DNA from: a virus
Lineage: Duplodnaviria > Caudoviricetes
Strand: one strand, 5' to 3'
DNA: 61,100 bases
Virus record (IMG/VR): IMGVR_UViG_3300032259_000005
Span: 1-61,100 of that record
This document shows positions 41,777-51,569 of the stretch, piece by piece. Every line of letters begins with the position of its first letter. Position 1 is the first letter of the stretch. The notes under the pieces are model-generated. The model was not told the DNA's origin and searched no databases. It saw only the letters and a list, made by a program, of their open reading frames with translations. The translations under genes and the position numbers were made by a program.

Positions 41777-41891
41777 AATATTATTCTTTTATAGTGACCT
41801 AATCTCCTTTCCTATAAGCGTCTTTAGATTGATTGACTTACTTAAAGGAATAAAATAGATTAGATCACCTCCTGTTAATGGTATAACGCTG

Positions 41892-42131
41892 TTATTCATA
41901 GCCGTCCCATTGGTTTGTTTTTACACGTCTTAAGAAATCAGCACCATTTCTTTTAATCTCTGCAGCGTATATATATTTAGCAGCTGCTTTACAGAAAGGG
42001 CACTGCGGTCCATTCATTTTACGGAATCTCAAGTACTGCTCCATATATTGTTTATGGTGCACTAGAATAACATTAGTAATGCTATCTTCTAGTATCTTTT
42101 GAAAGTTCTTAAGGTCAACCGTACTAAGCAT
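41892..42131 (-). CDS. Hypothetical protein (CPFC)
   Basis: Co-oriented, tightly packed ORF. Confidence 0.5.
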   Translation of the reverse strand: MLSTVDLKNFQKILEDSITNVILVHHKQYMEQYLRFRKMNGPQCPFCKAAAKYIYAAEIKRNGADFLRRVKTNQWDGYE

Positions 42132-42134
42132 CAG

Positions 42135-42485
42135 TTACTTTTTCCTTTCTTTCAACTGTTTTTGTCTACGAGATCGGACTTCATCCATACGAGTCGCTTC
42201 TATCTTGCCTTGCTTTGAGGTAAGGTAAATAGCTAAGTCGTCTATATACAAAGCTATTCTATGAAGCAACTCAGGGGTTATAGGATAACCAACTGTTTTC
42301 CTCATCTCTTGTTCGAGATCCTTATCAAAACGAGTCATGGAGAACTTTAAATTAGCCTCCTTCATTAGATAAGCGCCTACTCTATCTATATTAATACGTA
42401 GAACAGTAGGGTCCCTATGATCAGGAGCTATACAGGTTAGTATAGCCTGTATTCTTTTTTCTTTACCCTTGTCCAGTAGAGACAT
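42135..42485 (-). CDS. Hypothetical protein
   Basis: GAGG RBS. Overlaps the upstream gene end. Confidence 0.6.
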   Translation of the reverse strand: MSLLDKGKEKRIQAILTCIAPDHRDPTVLRINIDRVGAYLMKEANLKFSMTRFDKDLEQEMRKTVGYPITPELLHRIALYIDDLAIYLTSKQGKIEATRMDEVRSRRQKQLKERKK

Positions 42486-42867
42486 TTGCTACCTCTTCAA
42501 AAGTAGGCGGTACAACTTCTCCAGATTCTACATCCTTATAAAGCTTTATCGTACCTTTAACTTGCGCTATCATCATCTCCTCTAGATCTTCAATGCTATC
42601 TGAGTCCACGAGCATCATAGGAGCTTTAGCTTGGATAACTGTAGGGTCTTCCTGGTCATGATACTGAGGGATGCAGGACATGGACCATAGAACGCCATAC
42701 TTCCTTTTTCTTTCTCCGCCATTGATTATATCAGGGACCTTCTTGGAGATGTAAGGGCAGTACTGCACTTCCATCATGGGGTACACGCCTACACGTTTCT
42801 TTAAGTCTTCAGTGACATAATTATAGTCTTTTTCTTCTACTACTTTATCACTTTTTTGGTTTGTCAT
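42463..42867 (-). CDS. Hypothetical protein
   Basis: Co-oriented ORF in the operon. Confidence 0.6.
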   Translation of the reverse strand: MTNQKSDKVVEEKDYNYVTEDLKKRVGVYPMMEVQYCPYISKKVPDIINGGERKRKYGVLWSMSCIPQYHDQEDPTVIQAKAPMMLVDSDSIEDLEEMMIAQVKGTIKLYKDVESGEVVPPTFEEVANVSTGQG

Positions 42868-43033
42868 TTCTTTGTTTTCGTTTTTGTTTTGGCTTAATTT
42901 CTACAGTCAATGGTTCCATTATGTACTCTTCACAAAAGGCACACAGATCTTCAACTATGATATCTCCTTGCGGAATGGTTCTCCAATTCTTTTTCTTACA
43001 CTTGGCTTTATCGCATACCCAATAAACTCGCAT
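42848..43033 (-). CDS. Small Zn-ribbon-like protein
   Basis: CDKAKC...CAFC. Starts 3 nt after the stop of the FN3 giant. Confidence 0.55.
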   Translation of the reverse strand: MRVYWVCDKAKCKKKNWRTIPQGDIIVEDLCAFCEEYIMEPLTVEIKPKQKRKQRNDKPKK

Positions 43034-43036
43034 ATA

Positions 43037-46000
43037 CTAAACGCTTTCTGCATCTATCCCTAGTGTGAAGTCAAAGCTACCACCTTCGGTTTCTGATTCT
43101 TCAATTTTATGTACAATCCAGATTGGTACCGAGAACTCTTTAGCGGTTCCTACATTTATATTTCCACCTACTACTCCATTCTCATCTCTAAGAATGACAG
43201 GCTTGGAGAAGCCGCCTAGCACTTGGAAGTCTGGCCTTGGAGATAAAACGCCATTTTCACTGAACCATTGTATATTTTTTTGTGAGCCTTGTGCAGATGT
43301 ATTGTCAGTGATAAAATCATTATAATGAGGAGTGGTGCCGATCAGTATCTGGCCAACTCTAGGTTTCCTTAATAGATACAACTTTACATTTTTAACTTGT
43401 TCACCTGTAGAAGCCCCAGCTTCTAACGCCCTTTGTAGCTCACCTATTAATGGCGCACAGCCATTTTCTGTAAAGTTAATTTTCTTTAGATTCCCTGGAG
43501 AGAGGTTATCGTAAATGCCATCTCCAAGATCCATTATCCAATTTAACTTAGCCTGTATAGATGATCTAGACTCTATGTAAAAGTTACTTCCATTTAAAAA
43601 TTTATTATTGGTATTAAGAGCAGTCCCATTTAATATATGGTCAGCTACTGCACCAATTACAAACTGATGCCAGCCATGCAAATTGTCAAGAAGGGAAACT
43701 CCGTTTCCAAAAAGCCCATACGGATCAGGTTGAAATGGATTCGCCACAGGTTTTATAATTTGAGGATATTGTTTTGGCCATGCTGGATCACTATCCCATA
43801 GCTGAGTCTGCGCACTAGTAGCAAAAATCACGGAGTTTCCATTGTTATACACTACTCCTGGCTCTCCTATCGATGTCTCGCCACTAGCTACGTGCCTAAC
43901 TGCCCAGGTAGCGATTAATTGCCTGCCGTTACCGGTTTTTTTCATTGGAGCGGATGTAGCACCAGGGTCATTGATAGGATCAGGTGGCATAAAGTTTGAC
44001 GCGTAATCAATGTGATGCTGCAGCATGCCATTGTACTGCTGTTGAGTTGCCGTCTTTGTCAGGAATGGATCATTAGGATGCTCAATTGTAGGGTTAAGCC
44101 ACCTATTCTTAAGGTATAAATTAGTGACTCCCCATAACATACCTTCTATATACTGGGTTTGATATGTCGCAAAGTCATACTTGCCTTGTGGACCAATATT
44201 AGTGTCTGTAAATTTGTTCCAACCAATGGAGCTATAGTAATCTACTCCTGGCCATTGTCCAACAGTTTTCTTTTGAGTGTTGCCTCCTGTGCCGTTTCTT
44301 CTTCTGTCTAATACTCCTGATGGAGGGTTAACAAAGTTAATTACCTCTACTAGCCTTTGAAGTGTATAAGCTTTACGTTTTCTAGTGGCTGTATCCCCAT
44401 ATGCATATTGAAGTATAAGAGTGCCTACTGGAGAGTAATCTCTTCCAAATGGAGTACCGGTATTTGCTGGAAAGCCAGACTTATTCATTAATGCGCCGCC
44501 GCCAAAGCCATTCTGCTTAAATGCAGATAATATGCCATGACAACTCATTTCAGAATAAGCTTCAATATTATCTTTCGTAATTGCGTCGTTCAGTAACTCA
44601 GACAGTATAGGTTCGTGCTTAAAAGCTGGCAACCAGTGTTGCCAATCTAATGATACGAAGCCTTGGTCTCCTCCGTAAGATGCTGGGGGGTTACTGCCTG
44701 GGATTGGATAGTATGCCCAGTTGCTATCCCACCATACATTACTGCTGTTCTGCTGTATTTTACCTTCATAAGGGCAGAAACCAGTATTATACGCCCTGAC
44801 CAGATTGGTATTACTGCCAGTGTAAGTATATGGATACAAATTAGTATTTATAACTGATGTCCAGTTCCACTTGATGCCACTTGATGTGTGCGCTGGAGTT
44901 TCTCCTACCTGAGAATTAGATGAATTATGATAGAATGCATCCCAGGTTTCAACAGATGCAAATTCCCCATTATCCAAATACATCCATCCAAATATTCGCT
45001 CCATACTACCTTGAGATAAAAGAGCTGCATTTTTAGCCATATAGATGGATAGATGGCAGCCCATCCAAGGACGAACATTAGGAGCTCCAGTAGGACCTTG
45101 AGCCTTAGCGTGACTAGGTTGCCACAAGCCATAAGCTTTACCTTGTTCATCGCCAGTCAATGCTATGCCGCTGCCAGCCGGCGGCGGCGTTCCGGGTGGC
45201 GCACCTGTCTGCTGCCTTTTCTTTGTGCCTTCTTCGTACCACTCTTTTGCCGGTATTTCTATTCCATCATATCCGGTGTTAACCTCTAGAATTCCACTCT
45301 TACCTCTCCAACGAGTTTTATACGTACTGTCTAGCTCTCCTATCCTCAAGCCGCCAAAAAGATACCCCGGAACTCTATGCCAGTCTCTTAGGCCGCCAGT
45401 TTGACAGACAAATAGCCTTGATAGCTCTGACTCTTCTCTGGCTCTCTCCTTGTTACCCGTGCCAGTGTCATGAATTGCAAACCTTCTAGTAAAGCAACTG
45501 TTAGGAGGCATAATATGTTGCTGTTCTTGTACCTTAGCTAATGTTAGTCTAGAGCTAGAGCCAGTTCCTAGACCTGTCTGTTCTGTCATGCTGTTTCTGA
45601 GAACAGCTGTGGTTATTTCTTTACTACCATTTATACCATTGGCATAGTCAATGTACAGCTCATCAAAGTATATTTTTCCAATTGTCTCTCTAGTAGAGCC
45701 AGAATTAGGATCTGGATTAACATGGCCATTGCTTACTCTAGCTTCTACAAGTATAGTAGGGTCATTCTTAAAGTAGGTTACGTAAGTATGTATGCCAACT
45801 GTTGGAATACCAGAATGCAATAGTCGCTTATAGTATCTGTACTGCTTGCATAAGTGCCCATCTTTTATTAACTTTTCGTTGAAAGACGGATCTGTTAATG
45901 TGGAGCTAGCTGTTCCTTGCGTCAGTAACATGCGAGCTGTCATAAATCCAGTAAACGAAGGGTCGTTAATGCCTATCTTATTTGGAGCATATGAAGACGC

Positions 46001-49000
46001 AGCAGGCTTAGGAGTAGACGTAGCTTTAACGGTAAGATTTAGCTTAGACCCTTTAGCTGGAGGGTTAGCTAATGTAACTTGGCTTATAAGCTCTGCAGTA
46101 AGAGGGTTATCCTCAGAGTCTCTTTTTACTACTTCTACTTGGCATATATTTCCTGCTGTATCTTCGTCAATGGTAAAGTTTATAGAATCATCTAGATCAT
46201 TAGCGTCCTGAAGAGGAATTGTAAAGTCTACATAGAAGGGATTCCAACCTGGATAGTATCCTCTGATAGATGCAACAGTATTGCCGTCACTAAAGTTAGA
46301 GCTACCACTTGAAGGAGTTAATGTAGTAAACGAATTATCTGAGCTTACTGACTCATTTCCATCTGTATCTTCAGACCTAACTCTGTAATGATAGAGTTGA
46401 TTACCAGACAGAGGAGATATAGAGAGGAAGTGACTTTGTGTTTTCTGAGTGCCCTTAGTAGCGGTCTCTCCATAGCCAGTAGTAAAGCCATACTCTACCG
46501 TTGAAGTTGCGTTTTCATCAGTGTCCCAGGCTATATCAGCATTAGTCGAACCAGTGTTCGCTACTCGCACGTTAGTTATTACTGGTGGAGTCCCATCTAA
46601 CGTAGTGAACGTGAAGTCTGGTGACTGACCTGAAGCTATCTGGCCAGAGTTAATGCTTCTAGCTCTGTAGTGATATTGTGTTTGCTCAGATAAATTAGAT
46701 AGACCAATAGTATGTGCAGTAGTTAAGGCGCCAAGGCTTTGCTGGCTGCCATATCCAATAGTTGGCCCGTAGTCTACTATAGAGTTAGCTGCGATAGACG
46801 TATTCCATGTTATACTGGCTGCACTAGATGTAACGTTAGATGAGTTAACATTCGTAATGCTTATTGTATTAGGATCTGTAATAAAGCTTTCGTTTAAACT
46901 ACCAGTAACTGAAACGTTATCGGCTTGGTCAGCTGCAGTAATTTGGAAGTAATATTGAGTAGATGGACTAAGATTCGTTATTGTAGTTGAGTTAGCTCCA
47001 TTGATATAAGTGCCACTAGTAGCAAGCTCTCCTGATAAATAGTTGCCAAACTGTCCCCATACTACCTTCTTATTTGCCGCTTCATTAGTATCCCACGACA
47101 CAGAGACTGTATCTTTACTAATTACATTCGATTGTACATTACTTATTATAGGGGCTGTAACATCTGGCGTAGAAAATTGCGCATCTAATGATTGACCTGT
47201 TACACCAGAGGCCGCACTACGAACTCTGTAGTGGAACGTCGTACCATCTTCAAGGCCAGCCATGCCAATGCTGTGATTGATAGTAGTCTCTCCGCTATTA
47301 CCAAATAAGCCAGTATATATGTTAGCTGTTCTGCCCCAGTCTACTAAAGTGCTAGACGGCTGACCTAATGTATCCCATGTGATAACAGCGCCAGTAGCAT
47401 TGATCTGATTAGCTTCAACATTACTTATCTCAATTGTTACTGGGTCAGTTGTAAAGAACTGTCCAGCTCCACCAGCTTGCACAAGGTTGCCAGCAGTGTC
47501 TGCTCCTTCAATATAGAAGAAGTACTTCGTGTTAGTGTCTAAGTTGGTTATCTGCTGTGAATGAATGTTTTGGTATAGGCCACTATTAATAGAGCTGCCC
47601 TTAGAGTAGGACAAATCTGTGCCCCATTCTATATGCTTATTAATATTCTCACTTGCAATCCAAGAGATATTAGCTGATGTCTTTGAGGGGTTACCAGTAT
47701 TGATCTCTGTTAAAATTGGTGGAGTTCCATCTAACGTAGTGAAGATAATATTAGATGACGAAGCTGACTGTGGTGAATTCTGAGATATTACCTTAGCATT
47801 GTAGACTGTGCTCTCTGACAGGCCAGTCAAAGCAATGCTATGAGAGGTTACATTAGAAGCGTCGAATACATTGCTACCATAACTAGTTGTTGGGCCATAT
47901 CTAACTTTGGAGTCACCTGCTGTATTAGTCTCCCAAGTAAATACAGCTCCAGAAGGAGTTATATTTACTACATCTATATTAGAAAGAGCAAACGACAATG
48001 CTGAATCTGAAGTAGTAAATGTTTTATTTGCGGTCTGACCTTGATTACCAGCTGAATCAGTAGCGGTAATCATATAGTTGTAAGTAGTAGAGAACGTTAA
48101 GCCTTGAAGACTTTTTGAGTGATTAAGTGCAAATGCATCTTGACTGTGTATTACAGAGCCATATGACTGAGTAGCTCCATAGTCTATACGACCAGTAGAT
48201 GGCTCATTAGTTGCCCAACCCATAGTGGCAGAGTTAAGCCCTATATTGGTTACGCCTACAGAAGACACATTTGGCGCAGTAATATCTAGTGTATTAAATG
48301 TTATGTCTGAGGATAGCTCAGAGATAGCTCCACTAGTGCTACTTACTTGAGCATGATACAATGTTTCGCTATTTAAGCCGCTTAGAATAACTTGATGATT
48401 TGTTACTAGTTCTCCAGCGTTACCTTGCGTATTCTCATAGGCTGTTGTCTCTCCATAATTAACTATAGAGTTACTGGCAACAGCAGTTGTCCAATCAAAG
48501 GTACTAGAGGTACCTCCTACATTGGAGACACTAATATTATTAATATTAATGGCTATTGAAGAAGTAGTGAACTCCTGTGTTACACCAGTGCTGGTATTGC
48601 CCGCTTGATCTGTAGCCACAGGGTACCATTCATAGTTAGTAAGAGGCACTAAGTTATTTAATATAGCAGAGTGACTAGTAGTTTGTGTAGCACTTGTAAC
48701 TTTCTTATTACTTAAGTTACCTACAGTTCCCCAGTTAATCTCTCCTGTTGTGCCTTCATCTGTAGTAAATACTGCGGTTGCATTAGCGAAGCCAATATTC
48801 TGTGTAGCAGCAGTGAGAAAGGTAGGTGCTATATTATCTACCGTAGTAAGGAATAAGTTATTAGATTTCTCGGTAGTATTTCCTGTTGCACTACTTACTC
48901 TAAAGTCATACCTAGTATCTCCAGACAGACCTGTCACTGTAACTGAGTGAGAACTTACAAGCTCTGTAGCGTTACCTTGTGATAATAAGTTGTATACTCC

Positions 49001-50173
49001 AGCAGGTGGGAACGAATCTCCTAGGTCAATTATTGAATTGGAGTTTAATTCTGTCTCCCAGTCAACAGTAAAGCCTGAAGTAGTTACGCTACTTGGCTGC
49101 ACATTATTAATGTTAATATTAAGAGCAGGAATAGTGAAGCTTAGGTCTCCTAGCTCTCCTGTTGTCCCAGAGTTCCCTGCAACGTCTGTAGCAGTTATTT
49201 TATACAAATAGGTAATACCACCTGCAAGACCAGTGACTGCTACTGAGTGAGCTGTGCCGAAGGCTATGGATGGACCAATAGTGCTACCAAAAGAAATATC
49301 AGTGCCGTAGTCTATTTGATCATCTGCTGCTTCATTAGTGTCAAACAGTATTGTGGCTGAGTCTATACCAGTAGCAACTGATAAATTACTTATTATTGGA
49401 GGTAAACCATCTAAAGTAACAAAATTGAATATGCCACTGGTACCTGTATTGTTACCAAAGTCTACTGACTCTACTTCATAGAAGTATTGTGTCTCACCAG
49501 TTAACCCCTCTAAACCAATTTGATGACTGGTGACTAAGCCTGCCTCTCCTATGACAGTTTCTCCTAGTCCTATGCTAGGTCCGTAATTTACTACGGAAGT
49601 AGCTGGCTCATTAGTGATCCAGCTAATCTCTATGTTGCCACTCGTTATATTGCCTGATGTTATACCTGATAACACAGGAGCTGTCGTATCAGCTGTTATA
49701 AAACTGCTAGCGATAGAAGCAGTATTTGAATTTACACTTAGATCTGAAGAGCTAGCTAGAATATAATAGGTAACGCCTTCTTCTAGGTTATTTAAACTTA
49801 CTACATGACTAAGGAGAGTGGGATCCCCTGTTGTAGTTAGGTCATAGTTTATGTTAGTACCATAGTTAACAACGCTAGTAGAGAACTCATCAGTGTCCCA
49901 AGTAACATTAGCGCCAGTAGTGGTTATACCACTAATGGCTAAATTACTAATTACCGGCGGTGTGATATCTCCAGTAGTCAAGAAGTTAGTTACACCAACG
50001 AATACTTTACGGTACTCTTGCAGCGTACCTATGCCTAGGTTGACAGAAGAAAGGTTGCCCGGAAGCGAGTCTGTACCAAAGACTGCTCCCGGACCGCCGC
50101 CATAGACAAGATCTCCTGAGGTCCCGGTAATACCGGAGAACTCTGGATTCCTTATGTTTATTGCCAGTGCCAT
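43037..50173 (-). CDS. Giant FN3-repeat protein with a large C-terminal globular domain (putative adhesin/appendage, 2378 aa)
   Basis: 13 counted repeats of P.I.N....IT...A.I.W.T.E.....V.YG...H...L.GL...T.Y.Y, then ~950 aa of non-repetitive aromatic-rich sequence. Confidence 0.85.
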   Translation of the reverse strand: MALAINIRNPEFSGITGTSGDLVYGGGPGAVFGTDSLPGNLSSVNLGIGTLQEYRKVFVGVTNFLTTGDITPPVISNLAISGITTTGANVTWDTDEFSTSVVNYGTNINYDLTTTGDPTLLSHVVSLNNLEEGVTYYILASSSDLSVNSNTASIASSFITADTTAPVLSGITSGNITSGNIEISWITNEPATSVVNYGPSIGLGETVIGEAGLVTSHQIGLEGLTGETQYFYEVESVDFGNNTGTSGIFNFVTLDGLPPIISNLSVATGIDSATILFDTNEAADDQIDYGTDISFGSTIGPSIAFGTAHSVAVTGLAGGITYLYKITATDVAGNSGTTGELGDLSFTIPALNININNVQPSSVTTSGFTVDWETELNSNSIIDLGDSFPPAGVYNLLSQGNATELVSSHSVTVTGLSGDTRYDFRVSSATGNTTEKSNNLFLTTVDNIAPTFLTAATQNIGFANATAVFTTDEGTTGEINWGTVGNLSNKKVTSATQTTSHSAILNNLVPLTNYEWYPVATDQAGNTSTGVTQEFTTSSIAININNISVSNVGGTSSTFDWTTAVASNSIVNYGETTAYENTQGNAGELVTNHQVILSGLNSETLYHAQVSSTSGAISELSSDITFNTLDITAPNVSSVGVTNIGLNSATMGWATNEPSTGRIDYGATQSYGSVIHSQDAFALNHSKSLQGLTFSTTYNYMITATDSAGNQGQTANKTFTTSDSALSFALSNIDVVNITPSGAVFTWETNTAGDSKVRYGPTTSYGSNVFDASNVTSHSIALTGLSESTVYNAKVISQNSPQSASSSNIIFTTLDGTPPILTEINTGNPSKTSANISWIASENINKHIEWGTDLSYSKGSSINSGLYQNIHSQQITNLDTNTKYFFYIEGADTAGNLVQAGGAGQFFTTDPVTIEISNVEANQINATGAVITWDTLGQPSSTLVDWGRTANIYTGLFGNSGETTINHSIGMAGLEDGTTFHYRVRSAASGVTGQSLDAQFSTPDVTAPIISNVQSNVISKDTVSVSWDTNEAANKKVVWGQFGNYLSGELATSGTYINGANSTTITNLSPSTQYYFQITAADQADNVSVTGSLNESFITDPNTISITNVNSSNVTSSAASITWNTSIAANSIVDYGPTIGYGSQQSLGALTTAHTIGLSNLSEQTQYHYRARSINSGQIASGQSPDFTFTTLDGTPPVITNVRVANTGSTNADIAWDTDENATSTVEYGFTTGYGETATKGTQKTQSHFLSISPLSGNQLYHYRVRSEDTDGNESVSSDNSFTTLTPSSGSSNFSDGNTVASIRGYYPGWNPFYVDFTIPLQDANDLDDSINFTIDEDTAGNICQVEVVKRDSEDNPLTAELISQVTLANPPAKGSKLNLTVKATSTPKPAASSYAPNKIGINDPSFTGFMTARMLLTQGTASSTLTDPSFNEKLIKDGHLCKQYRYYKRLLHSGIPTVGIHTYVTYFKNDPTILVEARVSNGHVNPDPNSGSTRETIGKIYFDELYIDYANGINGSKEITTAVLRNSMTEQTGLGTGSSSRLTLAKVQEQQHIMPPNSCFTRRFAIHDTGTGNKERAREESELSRLFVCQTGGLRDWHRVPGYLFGGLRIGELDSTYKTRWRGKSGILEVNTGYDGIEIPAKEWYEEGTKKRQQTGAPPGTPPPAGSGIALTGDEQGKAYGLWQPSHAKAQGPTGAPNVRPWMGCHLSIYMAKNAALLSQGSMERIFGWMYLDNGEFASVETWDAFYHNSSNSQVGETPAHTSSGIKWNWTSVINTNLYPYTYTGSNTNLVRAYNTGFCPYEGKIQQNSSNVWWDSNWAYYPIPGSNPPASYGGDQGFVSLDWQHWLPAFKHEPILSELLNDAITKDNIEAYSEMSCHGILSAFKQNGFGGGALMNKSGFPANTGTPFGRDYSPVGTLILQYAYGDTATRKRKAYTLQRLVEVINFVNPPSGVLDRRRNGTGGNTQKKTVGQWPGVDYYSSIGWNKFTDTNIGPQGKYDFATYQTQYIEGMLWGVTNLYLKNRWLNPTIEHPNDPFLTKTATQQQYNGMLQHHIDYASNFMPPDPINDPGATSAPMKKTGNGRQLIATWAVRHVASGETSIGEPGVVYNNGNSVIFATSAQTQLWDSDPAWPKQYPQIIKPVANPFQPDPYGLFGNGVSLLDNLHGWHQFVIGAVADHILNGTALNTNNKFLNGSNFYIESRSSIQAKLNWIMDLGDGIYDNLSPGNLKKINFTENGCAPLIGELQRALEAGASTGEQVKNVKLYLLRKPRVGQILIGTTPHYNDFITDNTSAQGSQKNIQWFSENGVLSPRPDFQVLGGFSKPVILRDENGVVGGNINVGTAKEFSVPIWIVHKIEESETEGGSFDFTLGIDAESV

Positions 50174-50194
50174 TTAAGGCTTAGCCTTTTTCTC

Positions 50195-50551
50195 TTACGT
50201 ACATAGTGTCTCGTTTACGCATCGTACGCTGCCGTCTGATGCAACCCATTTCATTGTATCAGTATTATCAGTAGTGTATACAGTCTCTGTAGCTTGACCT
50301 TGTTGATACTTAAAAGTAGGAGCTACACTGTCAGGATGACCGGCTACATCGGCCCAGGTCTGATGACTCGGCCAAGTAATACCACTTGGTATAGTTTGGG
50401 CGGCTCCATTGTCACTATCTATTTTGTTAGCCTTCTTATAGCATCTCATCACAGTCTCTAGTAGCTCGAATCTTATACTATCTTCTAGGCCAATACTATC
50501 AGCCATTTCATTGACTTCAATAAGTAGTTGTTTTAAATCACCGCTTGTCAT
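50195..50551 (-). CDS. Hypothetical protein
   Basis: TAATG-coupled to the GroES gene. Confidence 0.55.
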   Translation of the reverse strand: MTSGDLKQLLIEVNEMADSIGLEDSIRFELLETVMRCYKKANKIDSDNGAAQTIPSGITWPSHQTWADVAGHPDSVAPTFKYQQGQATETVYTTDNTDTMKWVASDGSVRCVNETLCT

Positions 50552-50922
50552 TAGGCGTCCTTTCTAAGAGGGGCATTAGTAGAGCAGAGTATATCGTCCT
50601 CATGCAATACAATGAGTGCGCCGTTCGTTTCACCAGTCTCGAAGTCATTTATTTCACGAGCTGCATGCGTTTCAAACGCGACCAAGTCGCCCGTCGACCA
50701 GGGTCCTTGACAATCATTGCCAATTCTGCAAATAAGACCTCTTGTCTGCATCTCAACTGGAGATCCAGGAATAACGATACCACCTGCGGTGGTCTTTTCC
50801 ATCTCGATCTTTTTAACCAAGAGCCTGTGGCCGCAAGGCTTAAACTTGGTTTTCACGGAAGCATTTGGCGTTTTCTTCGTTCTCTTCATGGCATTCTGTT
50901 GTAGCTTGCTCGTAGTTTTCAT
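50551..50922 (-). CDS. groES: GroES-like co-chaperonin
   Basis: FKPCGHRLLVK, mobile loop EKTTAGGIVIP, GDLVAF and LHEDDIL. Confidence 0.9.
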   Translation of the reverse strand: MKTTSKLQQNAMKRTKKTPNASVKTKFKPCGHRLLVKKIEMEKTTAGGIVIPGSPVEMQTRGLICRIGNDCQGPWSTGDLVAFETHAAREINDFETGETNGALIVLHEDDILCSTNAPLRKDA

Positions 50923-51301
50923 TGTTTGTAATTGGAGGTGTATTTATTGGAGGTGTATTTATTAGTATGGATTCTATGATAGGTATATTAAGCTGTGAGG
51001 CAATTAAAGTCTCTACGAGTACTCCATTGGAGTTGCTGCTAATCGCGCCAGGAAGGAGCACTAGAGCGTCTGCAGAGATCATGCCGATGACATCACGCTT
51101 GAGTACATTCCAGTACTTCTCTCCATAGTCTGGATCATTTACTTGATCCATTTCGAGAGGACTGATAACAACATAGCCTAAGGCTCTGAGTCGCGTGGCT
51201 TCCGCGTCGAACGCGGGCTTATTAAGGTCCTCATAGCCCGTCATAGGGCCAGAGAGATATAAAACTTCTAGGGCGTTGCCCCAGGGATCACATGTGAACA
51301 T
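50840..51301 (-). CDS. DUF4406 / nucleoside-deoxyribosyltransferase-like protein
   Basis: YLSGPMTGYEDLNKPAF..EA..LR..GY.V.SP...D...ADALVLLPG...S.G...E...A. The likely start is ATG (MFTCDPW) at 51301. Confidence 0.8.
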   Translation of the reverse strand: MFTCDPWGNALEVLYLSGPMTGYEDLNKPAFDAEATRLRALGYVVISPLEMDQVNDPDYGEKYWNVLKRDVIGMISADALVLLPGAISSNSNGVLVETLIASQLNIPIIESILINTPPINTPPITNNENYEQATTECHEENEENAKCFRENQV

Positions 51302-51305
51302 TATA

Positions 51306-51569
51306 TTATTCGTCTGGGTCCAAGATGTAATAATCACGGACAAAGTATATAACATTCCCTCCATATAAAGATTGTATACAATGAGTCATCTTATTGAACT
51401 CCATTGCTATCTCCTGTTGCTGATCGGTAGTCAGCTCTCTAAATGGTAAGGTTTTTGTCCAGTCCATGGCTATCGATAATAAGGCTTGTAGCCTTAACTT
51501 GTTTCCGCTCTGGAACGTTCGTAACGTTTTATCGCAATAGAAGATGCAATCTTCTAGAGTACCTAGCAT
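51306..51569 (-). CDS. Hypothetical protein (first gene of the leftward arm)
   Basis: ATG-initiated ORF next to the divergent intergenic region. Confidence 0.55.
   Translation of the reverse strand: MLGTLEDCIFYCDKTLRTFQSGNKLRLQALLSIAMDWTKTLPFRELTTDQQQEIAMEFNKMTHCIQSLYGGNVIYFVRDYYILDPDE

Noticed and set aside
50928-50963. 15-bp tandem repeat (INTPP x2) and 18-bp repeat at ~39665-39703 (MPRAPH)
   Set aside because: Short in-frame slippage duplications with no sign of a wider function.
918-51128. Numerous plus-strand ORFs antisense to structural genes, and minus-strand ORFs in the early arm
   Set aside because: They are shadow frames of real genes, with Ser/Leu-rich composition and no RBS or motifs.
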